From the NCBI GenBank assembly GCA_020891255.1, contig BQFW01000012.1, positions 1,736,001 to 1,800,000 on the forward strand: a DNA stretch of 64,000 nucleotides, read 5' to 3'. The position numbers and the translations under genes were made by a program. The notes beneath the pieces are model-generated. The model was given only the letters and a program-made list of their open reading frames with translations, was not told the origin of the DNA and searched no databases. The number at the start of each line of letters is the position of its first letter. Position 1 is the first letter of the stretch. This document shows, piece after piece, positions 1 to 12,500 of the stretch. This stretch comes from Entomortierella parvispora E1425. Taxonomy: Eukaryota; Fungi; Mortierellomycota.

Positions 1-199
1 TCATCTCCCTGATCATTCTTTCCGCCCTTGTCGAATCTCATTCCTCCTCTCTTATAGTCCATTTATTCACATCGACATTCACGCATGGTTCTTCACTCCT
101 AAGCGCATTCTACCCACTCACTCCCACCCCGTCTGCTCCACAACCCTCGCAATTTTCTCCACCTGCGCCCAATTTATCTCTAATATAGTCATATCATCC

Positions 200-2329
200 A
201 TGCTGTCAGGCACCGAGAGCAAGGCAAACTCTCCTTCTCAACCACACTCGACAATCCTCGGCTCCTCTTCCTCCTCTCTCTCTTCCTCGACTTCAATTAC
301 GTCCCGCCGTCTCTCTTCACCCCGGACGCGTCATCTCCGGCGTGCTCTTCTCAGTCTTGGTGTCCTCCTCTCAACCCCCGCTCAGTTTCGGACAGCAGTC
401 CTAACCGAGGCAGTAACATGTTTAAGCCCGAATCCTGATGACACTGCCAAAGCCGGGCAATCACTGGACTTGAGCTGGACCGTTTCGGACCTGGACACGT
501 ATATGTTCGACAGTCTTACTGCCACTCTTCTCTGCCTGGATGTTGGATCAGACCAATGGAGGGAGATTTCGACCCTGTTCCAGAACCAAGGCCTCCTTTT
601 CAACCTGGGCATGTACTCTTTCAAGCTACCCAACTGTGGCCCCACCGCCGACACGGGGGCAGTCCGGATCACAGCCGAGGGCTTCTCGGGAAGTCTTCAA
701 GAGGATTCGTCTTGTGTTTTCAATATTCAACAAGCCGCAACCTCCTTCCCACCCCTGCAGCCACCAAATCCACCTGTTCCATCCACAGGGGCCACATCAA
801 TAATTTCACCGCAAATTGCTACCGTTCCGCCTAGCTCCCAATCCACTTCTTCTTCAAGCACATCTTTCACGTCCACGCCACAATCGACTGGAGCTTCAGC
901 ACTACCCTCGCCTTCATCCAGCTCAGGCTCCGAATTGGGATCTGGTGAAAGCAGTTCACCTTCTGTTGGGCCTTCCGCTCATCCAACCTTCGTGCCACCG
1001 GTGCCCGCCGGTGGAAATGATGGTGGAAATGGGGAGGGTCACCGTGGAGGCGTGGAAGGTTTAAGCGATGGTAAAGACAAGACCCTTGGCGCTACCTTGG
1101 GATCCATTGGCATGGCAGCATGTCTTGCGGCTGTTGTTGTTTCTCTCCTAGTGATTCGACGCCGTCGAAGACGTCGAATTGAGGGTGGAGAGAACACCTT
1201 GGCTCGATCTATGGGCCTTGGTGGCGCAGAAGGCGGTGTCATGAAGGAGGCCAAGCGCCGGATACGACTTCAGCGTCGCCCCACAGAGGGGTACTTTTTC
1301 CAGATGGAGGACGAAGATGAGGATGCAACAGAGTTTAACGAAAAGGACCATGTGATCATCACCAGCAGGGACATGGAGGCGTCTCGGGAAGGCACAACCT
1401 CGTCAGCAACTAGTAGAGCCGCGACATCAACGACCACCGAGGGCGCGGGGGTTCTGCAAGCTCCACTACAGCCCACGCTTCCTCCAGTTGCGCTGCTGCC
1501 CAATGTCAAGCGCCGCTCATCTGTGCCGTCCGCAGGAATGTCCTCGCACAGCTACACAATGTCAACAATGAGATCTAGTCTTGAGACGTCGTCCGTAGTC
1601 CGTGAATACTGGGCCGCATCTATGGCCGCCAGAGCAGAACGTCGGATGGCAGACGGAATTTCTTCACCTGGAATGTCGGATGGATACGGATATGAAGAAG
1701 GCTCGATCTTTGGAGACCAGAGCCGGGACTCTGACTCACGTATGGCCGACATTTTGAGCCTAAGGACTGCAGGCACAGGAGACAGTTTTAGAGGCACGAT
1801 AGGCACCATGCGCCGCCAACATAGCAGGAACACCTTCAATTCGATCCTCGATGAGTCCTCCTCGATTGGTCACTATCGGTCCTTGACCATGAGTTTCTCC
1901 AGCACTCCTGATAGTATGATGATGTCCGAGGAAGAGTTCCTGGACCACCTACACATACAGCAACTGCACCAGTTCCAGCTTCAACACGAGCAGCAATACC
2001 ATTTTCAATATCCCCAGGAATACGGCTATGAACGCCAGCAGTATCCTCAGTATATCCCACGACCTTCAGGGCACTATCAACCATCACTGAACAGCTATCG
2101 GACTAGCTCTGTACCTTCACTCAACTCTACCAACGACCCTTTCAAGTCCTTTGATTCGAATGCAATTATCGTGGACGTGGACCCATTCTCAGACAGCAGA
2201 GCTGTCTCCCGTGCCTCGGTTCGCTCTGAAGAGGTTGGAAGTGGCAATCGCCTCGAGTTGCCAACAGGCCCATCTGACCGGTCCAACACCGATTTGCTCC
2301 GCTCATTCCCTGACCCGCCTATTCTCTAG
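200..2329 (+). CDS. Type I membrane, receptor/sensor-like protein (Cys-containing extracellular domain, S/T/P stalk, one TM, long cytoplasmic tail); paralog of 40845-43169
   Basis: Intronless 709-aa ORF. It has a hydrophobic segment (ALLSLGVLL), a ~110-aa domain with 4 Cys, an S/T/P-rich stalk, a TM (LGATLGSIGMAACLAAVVVSLLVI) followed by RRRRRRR, and tail motifs shared with the paralog. Confidence 0.8.
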   Translation: MLSGTESKANSPSQPHSTILGSSSSSLSSSTSITSRRLSSPRTRHLRRALLSLGVLLSTPAQFRTAVLTEAVTCLSPNPDDTAKAGQSLDLSWTVSDLDTYMFDSLTATLLCLDVGSDQWREISTLFQNQGLLFNLGMYSFKLPNCGPTADTGAVRITAEGFSGSLQEDSSCVFNIQQAATSFPPLQPPNPPVPSTGATSIISPQIATVPPSSQSTSSSSTSFTSTPQSTGASALPSPSSSSGSELGSGESSSPSVGPSAHPTFVPPVPAGGNDGGNGEGHRGGVEGLSDGKDKTLGATLGSIGMAACLAAVVVSLLVIRRRRRRRIEGGENTLARSMGLGGAEGGVMKEAKRRIRLQRRPTEGYFFQMEDEDEDATEFNEKDHVIITSRDMEASREGTTSSATSRAATSTTTEGAGVLQAPLQPTLPPVALLPNVKRRSSVPSAGMSSHSYTMSTMRSSLETSSVVREYWAASMAARAERRMADGISSPGMSDGYGYEEGSIFGDQSRDSDSRMADILSLRTAGTGDSFRGTIGTMRRQHSRNTFNSILDESSSIGHYRSLTMSFSSTPDSMMMSEEEFLDHLHIQQLHQFQLQHEQQYHFQYPQEYGYERQQYPQYIPRPSGHYQPSLNSYRTSSVPSLNSTNDPFKSFDSNAIIVDVDPFSDSRAVSRASVRSEEVGSGNRLELPTGPSDRSNTDLLRSFPDPPIL

Positions 2330-2418
2330 AGCTATACGCCTTTCGAGGCAACTGCCTCCTTTTCTCTTGCACCTTTCTTGATAGTTTCCTCGTCTTTCCT
2401 TTCCCCCACCCCATATAC

Positions 2419-2448
2419 CAGACAGACAGACAGACAGACAGACAGACA
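2419..2448. repeat. (CAGA)n microsatellite
   Basis: About 7 perfect CAGA copies downstream of the first gene. Confidence 0.9.
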
Positions 2449-2880
2449 TGCACATTTATGAAAGAGAAATAACATGAGTCCTTGTGAACATGTTTCAATT
2501 GTGTATTTGTCTCATTCGCTCTCTATTGAAGTATTGTACCTTTGCATGTGCCCGACAATGTAGCTCAATTTTGCGTGACAATGGTACCTAGATCCTTGAC
2601 TTGTGATGCAGAGGTTAAATATTGAAAGATCTCCCCGCCGTTGACGCGCGCTTCAAAATGTCTCTTCCGTAGCACGGGTGTCCATTGTTTATCAATTGTC
2701 GTTTACTGGCCATTGTATCTCTTGATCACCAGAGTCCTCTGTCCTCAACAGGGAGAATGCCAAGCCATGTAAATCATTGTTTCTCGTAAGGCCACTGGCA
2801 CAATACAGCAGCAAGGGGACTTATAATTCTATTTTGCAAAGCTATAAGCGTGGTATATGTGAAGTCCCTTTCCATTCCTA

Positions 2881-3911
2881 TCATGACGTGTAAAGCCCAT
2901 TTTCTTCGATCAACTTCTTGACTGAGGGTGTGACGCATCGATCGACAAGGGTCCAATTTTGGTCTTTGACGGCGTTTCTAACCACAGTGGAGGACATTTC
3001 TTTGATTTCCATCAAATGACCGATACTCCTGTCCTGGGTGCTGTCTGTGTTGAGGTCTTCGGCCTCTTCTTTGATTACAAGTTGGAGCACTTCCGACTTC
3101 TCAATCTTTATCTCCAGCTCTTCGTTCTCCTCTGTTAGATCGACCAGTGTGACTTTATCGCCATGTCCGCTGGATTGCACAAACTCCATCATTTCATCCC
3201 GTGTGCCATATCCGGGTCTGGAGGAGCAGATAACGTCGCACTGTTCAAAAAACGGGGCCATATCAGCGTGGACGTCCTTGTAGTATTTTGGGTCAAAGAG
3301 TCGTGTCATGGTATCATGACCCATGATCCAGGACAGCTGAATTGTGTTGGGTGGGTAGTGATCCAAGATCGGCTGTGCCTTGTCCATGAATCTTGCGTGG
3401 ATCTAGTGGAGAAAAAAAAAGTGATCAGAGACAGAAGTGAAGAGTTGAACGTAGGCAGAAGGAAGAGGAAGTTTGTTCTTACTATCAAACCAACAGCCAT
3501 GTGTCTGACAGCGGGATCGTTCTTTTCATTTCGAATGGCATCCATGGCCATGGCTTCCATCATTTCAAGTCGTTCGACTGCGCTGGCTCCTGTCTGTCCC
3601 TTGTCGACATTGTTGGTGGCAAGGAGAAGCAAGACAGCATCGCATCCGACTCTGGATGCGGCCTTCAAAAGCTGGTAATGGGCCTTTGTGGGCGGATTGA
3701 ATGAGGAATCCAGTACCGCGATTCGAGTCGGACGCGTGGTCGAGGCGGGTCTGTCGACAGAGAAGGGCCAGGAGGAGTTCGCGGTCAGAGTGGTCTGGAA
3801 GGGCTTGGGTGGTAGACCTTTGGCTTTTGCCAAGGCGAGCTGAAGGAATGGCTTTCGCATGGTTTGATTGGGAGGAATGAAATCAATGTAAGGATGAAAA
3901 GTTTGAGCCAT
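2881..3911 (-). CDS. POF1: Nicotinamide-nucleotide adenylyltransferase-like protein (POF1 / cytidylyltransferase-like fold), 2 exons
   Basis: Motifs IAVLDSSFNPPTKAH, LLLATNNVDK, IMGHDTMTRLFDPKYY and MSSTVVR. A GTAAGA...TAG intron (~3484-3404) joins the two ORF-track pieces as GLI|IHARFMDK. ATG taken at MAQTF (3911). Confidence 0.75.
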
Positions 3912-5218
3912 GCGCTGGGCGGACCGAAATTTCGCGGGGATTCTCAGTCCCTTTTTTGCCACCAGTGCCCACACCGCCTATCAACATGGCTTCTTTTAGC
4001 CAAGCGAGTCCACCTCTCCCCCCTCCGCCGACTCCGATACTGTCTTCCCATTGCTGCTCAGCTCTTGGTCCGCTCCTGCGTTGAGGAACGCGACTTTTTT
4101 TTTTTTTTTTTGGAAACACTGCTGTGCCACTATGAATCTGCGATTGCGGCTGGCGAGGCGCGAGCCACAAAAAGGTCGGGAAGAAACCATTGTCTGCTGA
4201 GTCCGACGATTGACTTGGGCTAAAGTGATCGTGATCTGGTTTCTCTAGGAACCAAGGTAGCTTGTCACACAGCTGTGTCGCTGGGCGGATGGGCAGTCGA
4301 GTGAAAGCAATGAGGTATTGATTCAGAAGTAACCCATTGTCTCGGCGCCAAGAGCACAGTGGCCACAAAGCTCTGCAATCTCTGCTGAGGACACTCGGGG
4401 TAAATCTGTTCATCCTCCTTCTTCTTGCTTTCTCATTACTCCGTATAATCCGTATAGTTGTACTTGCTTTTCTTCGCGTCTTGCACTCGCCTGAAGGACC
4501 CACTGATCTGTCTTGTCGCTTCGTCGCGGAAAGAACACCCTCCAAGGACTGATGGCAGGCCTACACTGTGCAGACATATAGGACAGTTTGGGCCAGAACC
4601 TTGCTCGTACGTGAACAGCCCCCTCCTCCTCTCCTGGAAGATGAGGAGAACTGTGGCAACGCCGCAATCGTTTCAAGAGCAATCACAAGAATCGCGAATC
4701 CAGGTAGCAGTGCGACCAGTGGTTTTCTTTTTTTTTTTGTTTTTTTCACTCCGAAAGTCGCGAGCATCGAGATTCTCGACAGTCGGGCACAACAATAATT
4801 TCGGTAGTGCGATTTTAGCCGCCTGACATGCCTTGGCCTTTGTTGTGCTACTGAACTGTGTTCCAGTTTCACTGAGCGTAGAGTTTGGGCCGGACCTGGA
4901 TTGGGCCTGTCCCCCTGCCCCTGCGGGTTGCCTGGTAAACGAGAAGGGCGCCACGCTTTTACCGGGGGATGGCTAATTTGCGAAAATCATATAAAAGGGC
5001 GCCGACCTCGAGAAAAAAACTTTGAATTCCTCTTTTCCTCTCTACATTCCCTGCCTCTGTGCACCCGCCTTCCCCTCTCCCTCCCTCCCTTCTCTTTTAC
5101 GATTCACGAGCCGGTCTCCACTCATCCTCCTCCTTTCCGCGACTCACTCACTCACTCACTCACTCCATCCTCGTCCTTGAAGTTTCCAGCTCATTCTAAA
5201 AAAAAGGAAGTTATAACT

Positions 5219-6452
5219 ATGGTTGTCCCCACAACGATCGTTGCCACTCTGTTGGCCTCCTTGGCCCTTTTCTCCACCATGGTCGAGGCTCACTCCTGGG
5301 CCGACTGTGTCGACTGGAGATTCAACAACCCTAAGAAGCCAGGTACGACAATCAGTCCTGGGGGACGACCTTCAACTCAATCGCTTTCTTTACGTTGTCT
5401 TTGTTCGTCTCCACGTCCTCTCTCCTCCCCAGACACCACCTCCACTTTTCTCTTTACATGCTTCCTTTGCGACTCATCAGCGTGACAGGTTGGGCCTGTG
5501 TTGATCTTCCCGGGTACTAGGGGTACCTGTCAAGGATGTGTTTGTTTGTCTTTCATTTTGAGGGTGTCTTTTCTTTTCTGCGACCTATATTAGTCGGAAC
5601 TCCTAAAGTTTTATCTTGTTCCTGATTCCGAGATTTCTTTTTTTTTTTGAAGGGGGGGGGGGGGTCGCTGTTGCCGTCGCGCTGTTGTTTTGATGAGAAC
5701 AATCGCCTTCAAGAACTCGACCAGGACCATTTCAGCTAACTTTGACACATTTCTCACAATCTCGTACAGGCTGGTTGGATACAAACGGCAAATGCTTTGG
5801 ATGGGCCCGGCAATATCCCATCAACTCGGGTATCAGTTTCGGTGGTCTGGACAGAGCCTCCCCTAACCGTCATTATCAGCAGGCCGAAGATTTCACTCCT
5901 TGCTCCGATGGCAAGCACGGTAAAGAGCCAGGCGCGGACGAAACCCGTCAGAACCCCATCTCAAAAGCTTATGGAGGTCGCTTCGGAGCTATGACCCGGG
6001 AGGTCCTTCCTGGTGACTCTCTTTGTGTCCGCTGGCCTGCAAAGAACCACGCAGTACCCAGTGAGCGCGATCGTGGTGTCTTTATCAACATGCCCCCAGC
6101 CCCAACCACCAAGGACCCTAACCAAGACCAACTGATGAAGATGACGATTGCAAAATTGCCCTACAAGAACTGCTCGTTCACCGGTAGTAAGGATAGTAAG
6201 GACCGTTCACCATGCGGAGGTTGCTTCAAGGTTCCGGAGGACCGTGTTCCCGGCAACTACTTGATTCAATGGAGATGGGAATTGAACGACCATGAGTGGT
6301 ATACCTCTTGCTGGGATCTGAAAGTCGGTGCTCCTCCTGCACCAGTCGTCCCTCAGCCCTCAGGCGCTGTGGGCCCTGTCCCCACGCAGCCCATTACCTC
6401 TTCATCTCTTGGTGGCTCTACCTCTGTCTTTGCTGATCTCACCGAAGATTAA
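5219..6452 (+). CDS. Secreted protein with His at mature position 1; histidine-brace/LPMO-like candidate, 2 exons
   Basis: Signal peptide MVVPTT...MVEA is followed by HSWADC. Intron 5343-5769 (GTACGA...TACAG) joins KKP-G-WLDT in frame. A second His lies in WPAKNH and the domain ends with QWRWELNDHEWYTSCWD. There are 8 Cys and a P/S/T tail. Confidence 0.75.
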
Positions 6453-6571
6453 GGAGAAGAAGGAAAACTGTCGTCAAGCTCGTTCTTTGGAAGGCTGGTC
6501 CTCGACAATACAAGCACGCGAATAAAAGTACAAAAAAAAAAACTTTTTTATTATCAAAATTGTAGCCTGAT

Positions 6572-9500
6572 TTATAAATATTTGCCTGCCACAGAAGCGG
6601 CTGCATTTGTAGAGTTACCAGGGTTCATAAGTCCCTGGGCATTGGCCGTTGACAGTGAGGAAGGAGTCAGTGAAGGGGAGGCCGAGGTAGGGTTGATGGG
6701 TGCAGAGGAAAAAGTGGCCAATGCGGCTTTGGTCATGGCTGCATCTGTGGAGGCCGCTGTGGAGACATGTGCCGCCGCAGCTGCCGTTGCGGCTGCCGTT
6801 GCAGCAGCAGCACTGGCCACAGCAGCGTTTCGACTCCAGAGCTGCATCTGCTGTTGATGGTGCATTTGAGCCTGCTGCTGATGCCGAAGGGCACTTGGAC
6901 CGTTCCCAGAGGATCCGTTCAAGCCATTGCCTCCAAAGGGTCCTCCCGCACCAGCGCTGATACCTCCTCCAACGCCCCCGGCATTGCCTTTCCCAAGAGA
7001 AAACGCAGGGTTGTTGACAACAGCCATCGCTGGCAACGTGTTAATTGGTCCAGGAGGTGGTCCAGAAGCTTCCCGGGTGTTGTTCCAAAACTTTGGCCAC
7101 TCTACAACCAGACCTGGGAACCGCAGCATCATCATCTGGGCCATTCCGGGCGAGATCCATTCCTCGTGGTGTCCAGCAACTACACTGGCGTTCATAACGC
7201 CACCGACACTCAGACTAAAGACACTGAAGTCTCCCATGTCGCCCAATCCGCCGCTGCTGCTCATGCCTCCACTAGCATTGGATCCCAAACCGATGCCAGG
7301 AACGCCTCCAGGTTGGCTTTGACTTGCAAGAGCTCCATTGACAGCGTAGCTCATTCTAGTTTTGATACCATACGCGTGGCACTGTGCCAGCCAATCCACG
7401 TATTCATTCAAAACTGCAGCATGCTCAGGGAGTGACCGTCCAGCGTAAGTGTTGAGGTGCTCGGGGTATCGTTGTGGAACCTGGACATATCTCATCTGAT
7501 TCGTCAGCTGAGGACTGGAATAAGACCGGCCACTGCCTCCGTTGCGGTAGAATTCAGAGTGCCCATCATTGTTCATCATCTGAGTCAAGGTCGATGAAGA
7601 GGTCGAAGACTGACTCGCGAGAGAATAAGTGGAGCCACCAATGTTTTCACCGCTGCGATCCAGACTGACAGTACTACCAGCGTAGAATGAACTTCCGGAG
7701 CTAGATCCCAATGAGGACTTGCTGCTCCCACTGTTAAACATCCATCGCAAGAGGCTACCAGGTCCAGTGATAGGTATAGATCCAGCACTGGCTCGCTTGC
7801 TTGAACTGGGGACATTTCCTCCCATCAAGTTTCCGAGGATAGGATCATACATGGACGAAGACTCAATGTCCGAGAGTGAGTGACGTTGCTGCTGGTGGGG
7901 AACCTGTGGTAATTCCGGGCTAGAGGCACTCTCTGACCGACTCAGTCGTCTGAATTTTCGCGAAATCAAGCTGGATCGACTGATCGACTTTTTGGCCCGA
8001 TCCTTCTCTTTGAGGTTGGTATCGGATTCCGTCAGTTTCTGGTGTGCAAGATAGATTTGCTGAGCTTGGAGTTGGTACAAGGACCGACTCATCGCCAGGC
8101 TCTCGTCTTCTTGGACTCCCTCGGAGTAGGATGAGCGCTGCCTTGGAGAAGAGCCGCCGGAAGAGGATCCACCGGCTTGAGATAGCGAGGGCATATTGAT
8201 TTCCAATCCTGGAGAAGACGGAGTTGATTCTGGGGGTGTAGACACTGAATCCTTGTCGCTCGCCCGCTGTGACATGATCTCTGTCAGCTCTCCTGCGTAT
8301 TGGCGCTTGACCATGTCAATCCTGCTCTCCATGACTTCAAAGATATTCCTACAATAAAGATTTAAAAAAAAGTGTCGCGACGACGTTAATTCACAGGCTC
8401 GAGGAAGTGGCCATGCCTCTCATCAGGTCAGATAGTTCTACTTTTGTATTTACCTGACGATAGCACTCAAGGACTGCTCCACAGGGGATCCCCTTGGGAG
8501 CGCGGGAAGATCTTTTGACTTTCTCTTCTCAGTACTTGATGTTTCACTCGTTGCCATCATACCGCCACGTCTACTACCGCTCACAGAACTCGCCTGTTCT
8601 TGAGAAGCGCTCGAAGAAGCTGGCGGGGCCCAAGATTTCCATCCTGGAAGGATTCCGACGCCTCCTCCAATCCTGGCCACTCTCCACACAAGACATCTCA
8701 TGTAATAGAGTCGAACATTGCGAGCCCAGTGGAGAAAGCACTTTTCAAAGACAATGGGAGAGAGCAATGTGTCGAGTGTCAGTTGCTCCAGCGTTTGGAC
8801 TGTTCCGGTCAAGAGCGAGAAATTTTGGTAGATAAAGGAAATGGTCCGCATGAGCGTCACTGTGTGGTCGGACGAAGTCAGGAGAAGATCGAGCGTCGAC
8901 AGAATAAATTGAATGTGGATCGGTAGATAGACTGCAGTGGGTCCTGCATTGAGGGGGGCCGTGGAGAGCTCGCTGTCATAGAGGCGAATCGTTTCTCTAG
9001 AACGTTATAGAAGGGAAATGAGTCTCGCGTAAGTAAACTGCCCGGCACCATCGCATGAACTATGCGATCGCTTGGTCTGAGAACCCACCGTGATTCTAGC
9101 TCGACAATAAGCATGTCCAAGAAATCCAGCAAACAGAACACGCTCTCCACATCGTAGACGCTTGTCCGCGTAACGACTGCCTTGATCCAAATATCCAGCA
9201 TCGCTCCGTAAATGTTGCCATGGTCTTCCATAATGGCCACAATCGTCTCTACAAATCTCCTTGATGCCATATCCAACACTTTTGGCTTCCCCGTCGCAGC
9301 TGCTCCGCCATCCTTTGCGGCCACCCCATCCGCTGCATTAGGAAGTTTTACCGAAGGTGGGGCTGCTGTCCCTGGGAACTCTCCAGTCGCAACTGAAGCC
9401 ATGGCCCTATCTCTCTCAGCTGCTCCATTGTTGCCGTTTGCATTTGGCTCGAATTGCACAATAGTCGTTACGGGATGGATCTCTCGATGGACCAACCCCT

Positions 9501-12500
9501 CAATTTTCGTCAGAAAGAAAGCAGACAGATACAAGTATCCCGGAGATCCAGCATACACCTTTGGTGTAATAGCAGATGTAGCCCAGCCTCCTGCTTGAAT
9601 TCTACGGAGAGGTGCATCCAGATACTGAGCGAGGCAGTGATGGTAGTGCCGATAGAACGCGAAAAATAGCTCGCTATCGTCACTCTGCCACCTTCTGACC
9701 CAGTTGCCAAACATCTCCATCGGTGGTGGCGCCTCTCCTGAAGACATCCTCCGCTTTTGCTTCTCAAACTCTCTCCACCACGACCCTGTGCCGATAAAAC
9801 ATATTGGTGCAAGATGCTCCGGAAAGAAGGTCATGATCTGAGGCATTCCACAATTTTCTCTGTTGGACATAATGAATAATGAAAAATTAGAGAAGCTTCC
9901 TTTTTTCCCTCTCGGATAGGACTGCACAGGTTTTTTCAACAATAGCCTCACTTACCCAGTCAAATCCATTGCTTTGGCCATGCGGCTGATGTAGGATCGA
10001 CTGGCTGGGAGAGCATGGAGCAATCCGAAGGCGACTCCAGGAAGCTTGAAGAAACATAACGCCAGGATTTTTGCACAAAACGTAATCACGTTTGAGTAAA
10101 CGCCCTTCTGATTCAGTCTCTCGATGGCATACTGCAGCGATTGTGTGAGCGTCCGTCGGTATTGATGGAACGAAGACCAGAACGCGCCAGAATCCGTGAA
10201 TGGATACCCAGCGCCTAAAGTCGTACTAGAAGAGACTGAGGTTGTTGACGATGTGTGCTCTGTCACTGAACCATTCCCTGAACCGTCCATAAACGTCCTA
10301 ACAGTCGATGGCGTCGTTGGCTTCGAGATTAGATCCTCGACGCGATCTATAGAGATGGGCTCAGAATTCGTCAGCATCCAGTCCGCGCAGAAGGTAGATA
10401 GCAAGATCTTAATTTGAGCACGTACCAAACTCATCAAACTCCTTCCTAAAATTGCCCAAGTAAAGTCCTGGCATGTTAGCAAGCTGGTTTACCCGCATCT
10501 CATCTCAAATCCTGCAGCCCGTTATGACATTACCTTGTCATGAGGGCGATGATGCACTCAAAGTAATGGCATCGATCGGTGTAGAGAGCATCTGGCAGTG
10601 CAACCAAGAGTGTTGTCCACCTGGAGTGCAAAATAGTTTTTTTGCAAGTTAGAATACACAAAGCAAAGGCCATTCCGATCGCCTCAATGTCACCTGTCGA
10701 GTATGTTGCTTTGTTGATTTTTTGCATGTTGCTTTTCCCAGTGCTGTCATCCAACTGAGCCTGATGCGCTGATGCAGTCTGCATAGCCCTGTCCCCCTGG
10801 TTTACTGCTCTTCCTGACTCCCTGGACTCCTTTTTTTCCTGCTATCCCTTGTTGTCAATAGCCAGCTTGCTTAATATCTCGTCTCTTTTTTTGATCCTGC
10901 TCTTCTGTTCGTCTTTCTTTTTTCACCCATAGATTGTTTTTTAAAGACATTTTGCTCCCGCCCTAGTTCATGTGATATAATTCGCTCATACCATTGCATG
11001 ATAAGATTCCGTCCAGTCTTGAGCGACGCCTCCGAGAGTGAGTCTATTCCGTTTAAAAACAGATGGGGTAGATGATGCCAAAAAGTTAGATTGGTGAGAT
11101 ATAGCGCAATAAAGGACAGCACTTTGCACACAGCAATCAGGGTTCTCCGGACTGCAAGGGCCTGCTTCTTTTGTTGTTATTGCTAAAGGACCCGTCTCCT
11201 TTGTCCCCAAGGTTCCCTTCGCCTCCTTTTTTTGTCTCATGGTGGGGACAGTGGAGGGGTGTCAAATTCTCATGGTTCATCAACTCCTGCTTTGACGCCG
11301 TGGAAGTCAATGCACCGTAAGAAGATCATCAGTCCCGGTCCAGTCCCAGTCCAGTTCCACATTCTGCCCATTTTTCTTTTTTTTGTGCAATTTTCTTTTG
11401 TCGTACCTAAACTTGGCAGATCCTTTCGAAGCCAAGGCAAGAGATTGGTCTTGAGGACTTCGATTCGATACCGATCCTTTTGGTGAAATCTAAAGTGTTA
11501 GAACATGAAAATCACGGATGAACAAAAATAGGGTTATGGAGTGAAGCAAGCAGAGAGATCGATGCACAACAAGAGCGTCATTGTGTTTGTCCATGGTGAT
11601 CCGTCACGCATCGCATCGCCTTTGCCTCTTTTTTTCCTTGAATAAGCGGCAGTCTGTCCGGCGATGCACAAGACGCTCAGAGCAATAGGGGATCTGCATT
11701 CGTCTTCACAACCTCCCTGCCCCCTTCCTGCCTCCCTTATCTCTCCTATTTTGACCAGGGGCGAGCTTGTGTCTGTGACTGATCGGAAACTGTGCCACGA
11801 TCTTTTTTTTTGGGGGGGGGGGGGAGCTTACCTTGCCAAGGATCGCTCCAACACCTTGTATTCCTGCTGCCCCGTCTGCCCGATCCAGTTGCGCAAGAGT
11901 CTGTTTTTCACGGACGATCGCATGTCCGTGCTGGCCGACTTTGAGTGTGAGCTGGCTTTGGTGACAAAGGGTGGGGAGGAAGATCGGGAATAAGGTGGGA
12001 TGATGATGGACGTGGGTGGGAGATCACTGCAGGACTGTCTTCGTGCCATGTTCAAGCTAAGCTCAGGGAGAATGATGGTCCGGGTAGGGGTTCGCAGTAG
12101 CGGAGGGATCGTTGAAGCCAATGGTGGTACAGGAGTACCAGAGGAGATGGAGGGAAGAGGTGGAGGAGGAGGTGTTTCCGGTTCAGAGCCAAGAAACGAA
12201 GAACGACTCTCTGTGGGCGGTGCTGGCTGCGAGGAGTGACGGCAGGCAATGGGGAATCGGGCTGTCGGCGTCGTCGGTGTCGTGGAGAGTGGGATGGATG
12301 AACAAGACTGAGCGATTGTGGTATCAATAGAGAGACCTTGTCCCGCTGATTGATCTGCTCTGGATGAAGCACCCGCGGTGTGGTTCTCAATGCCTTTTGG
12401 AGTATTAGAAAGAGACGATGACCATGAATAGGATTGTGAGGATGGTGTGGACAAAGGCGAGGAAGGGGAAGTCAGCACTGGAGAAGGAAGAACGTCCAAA

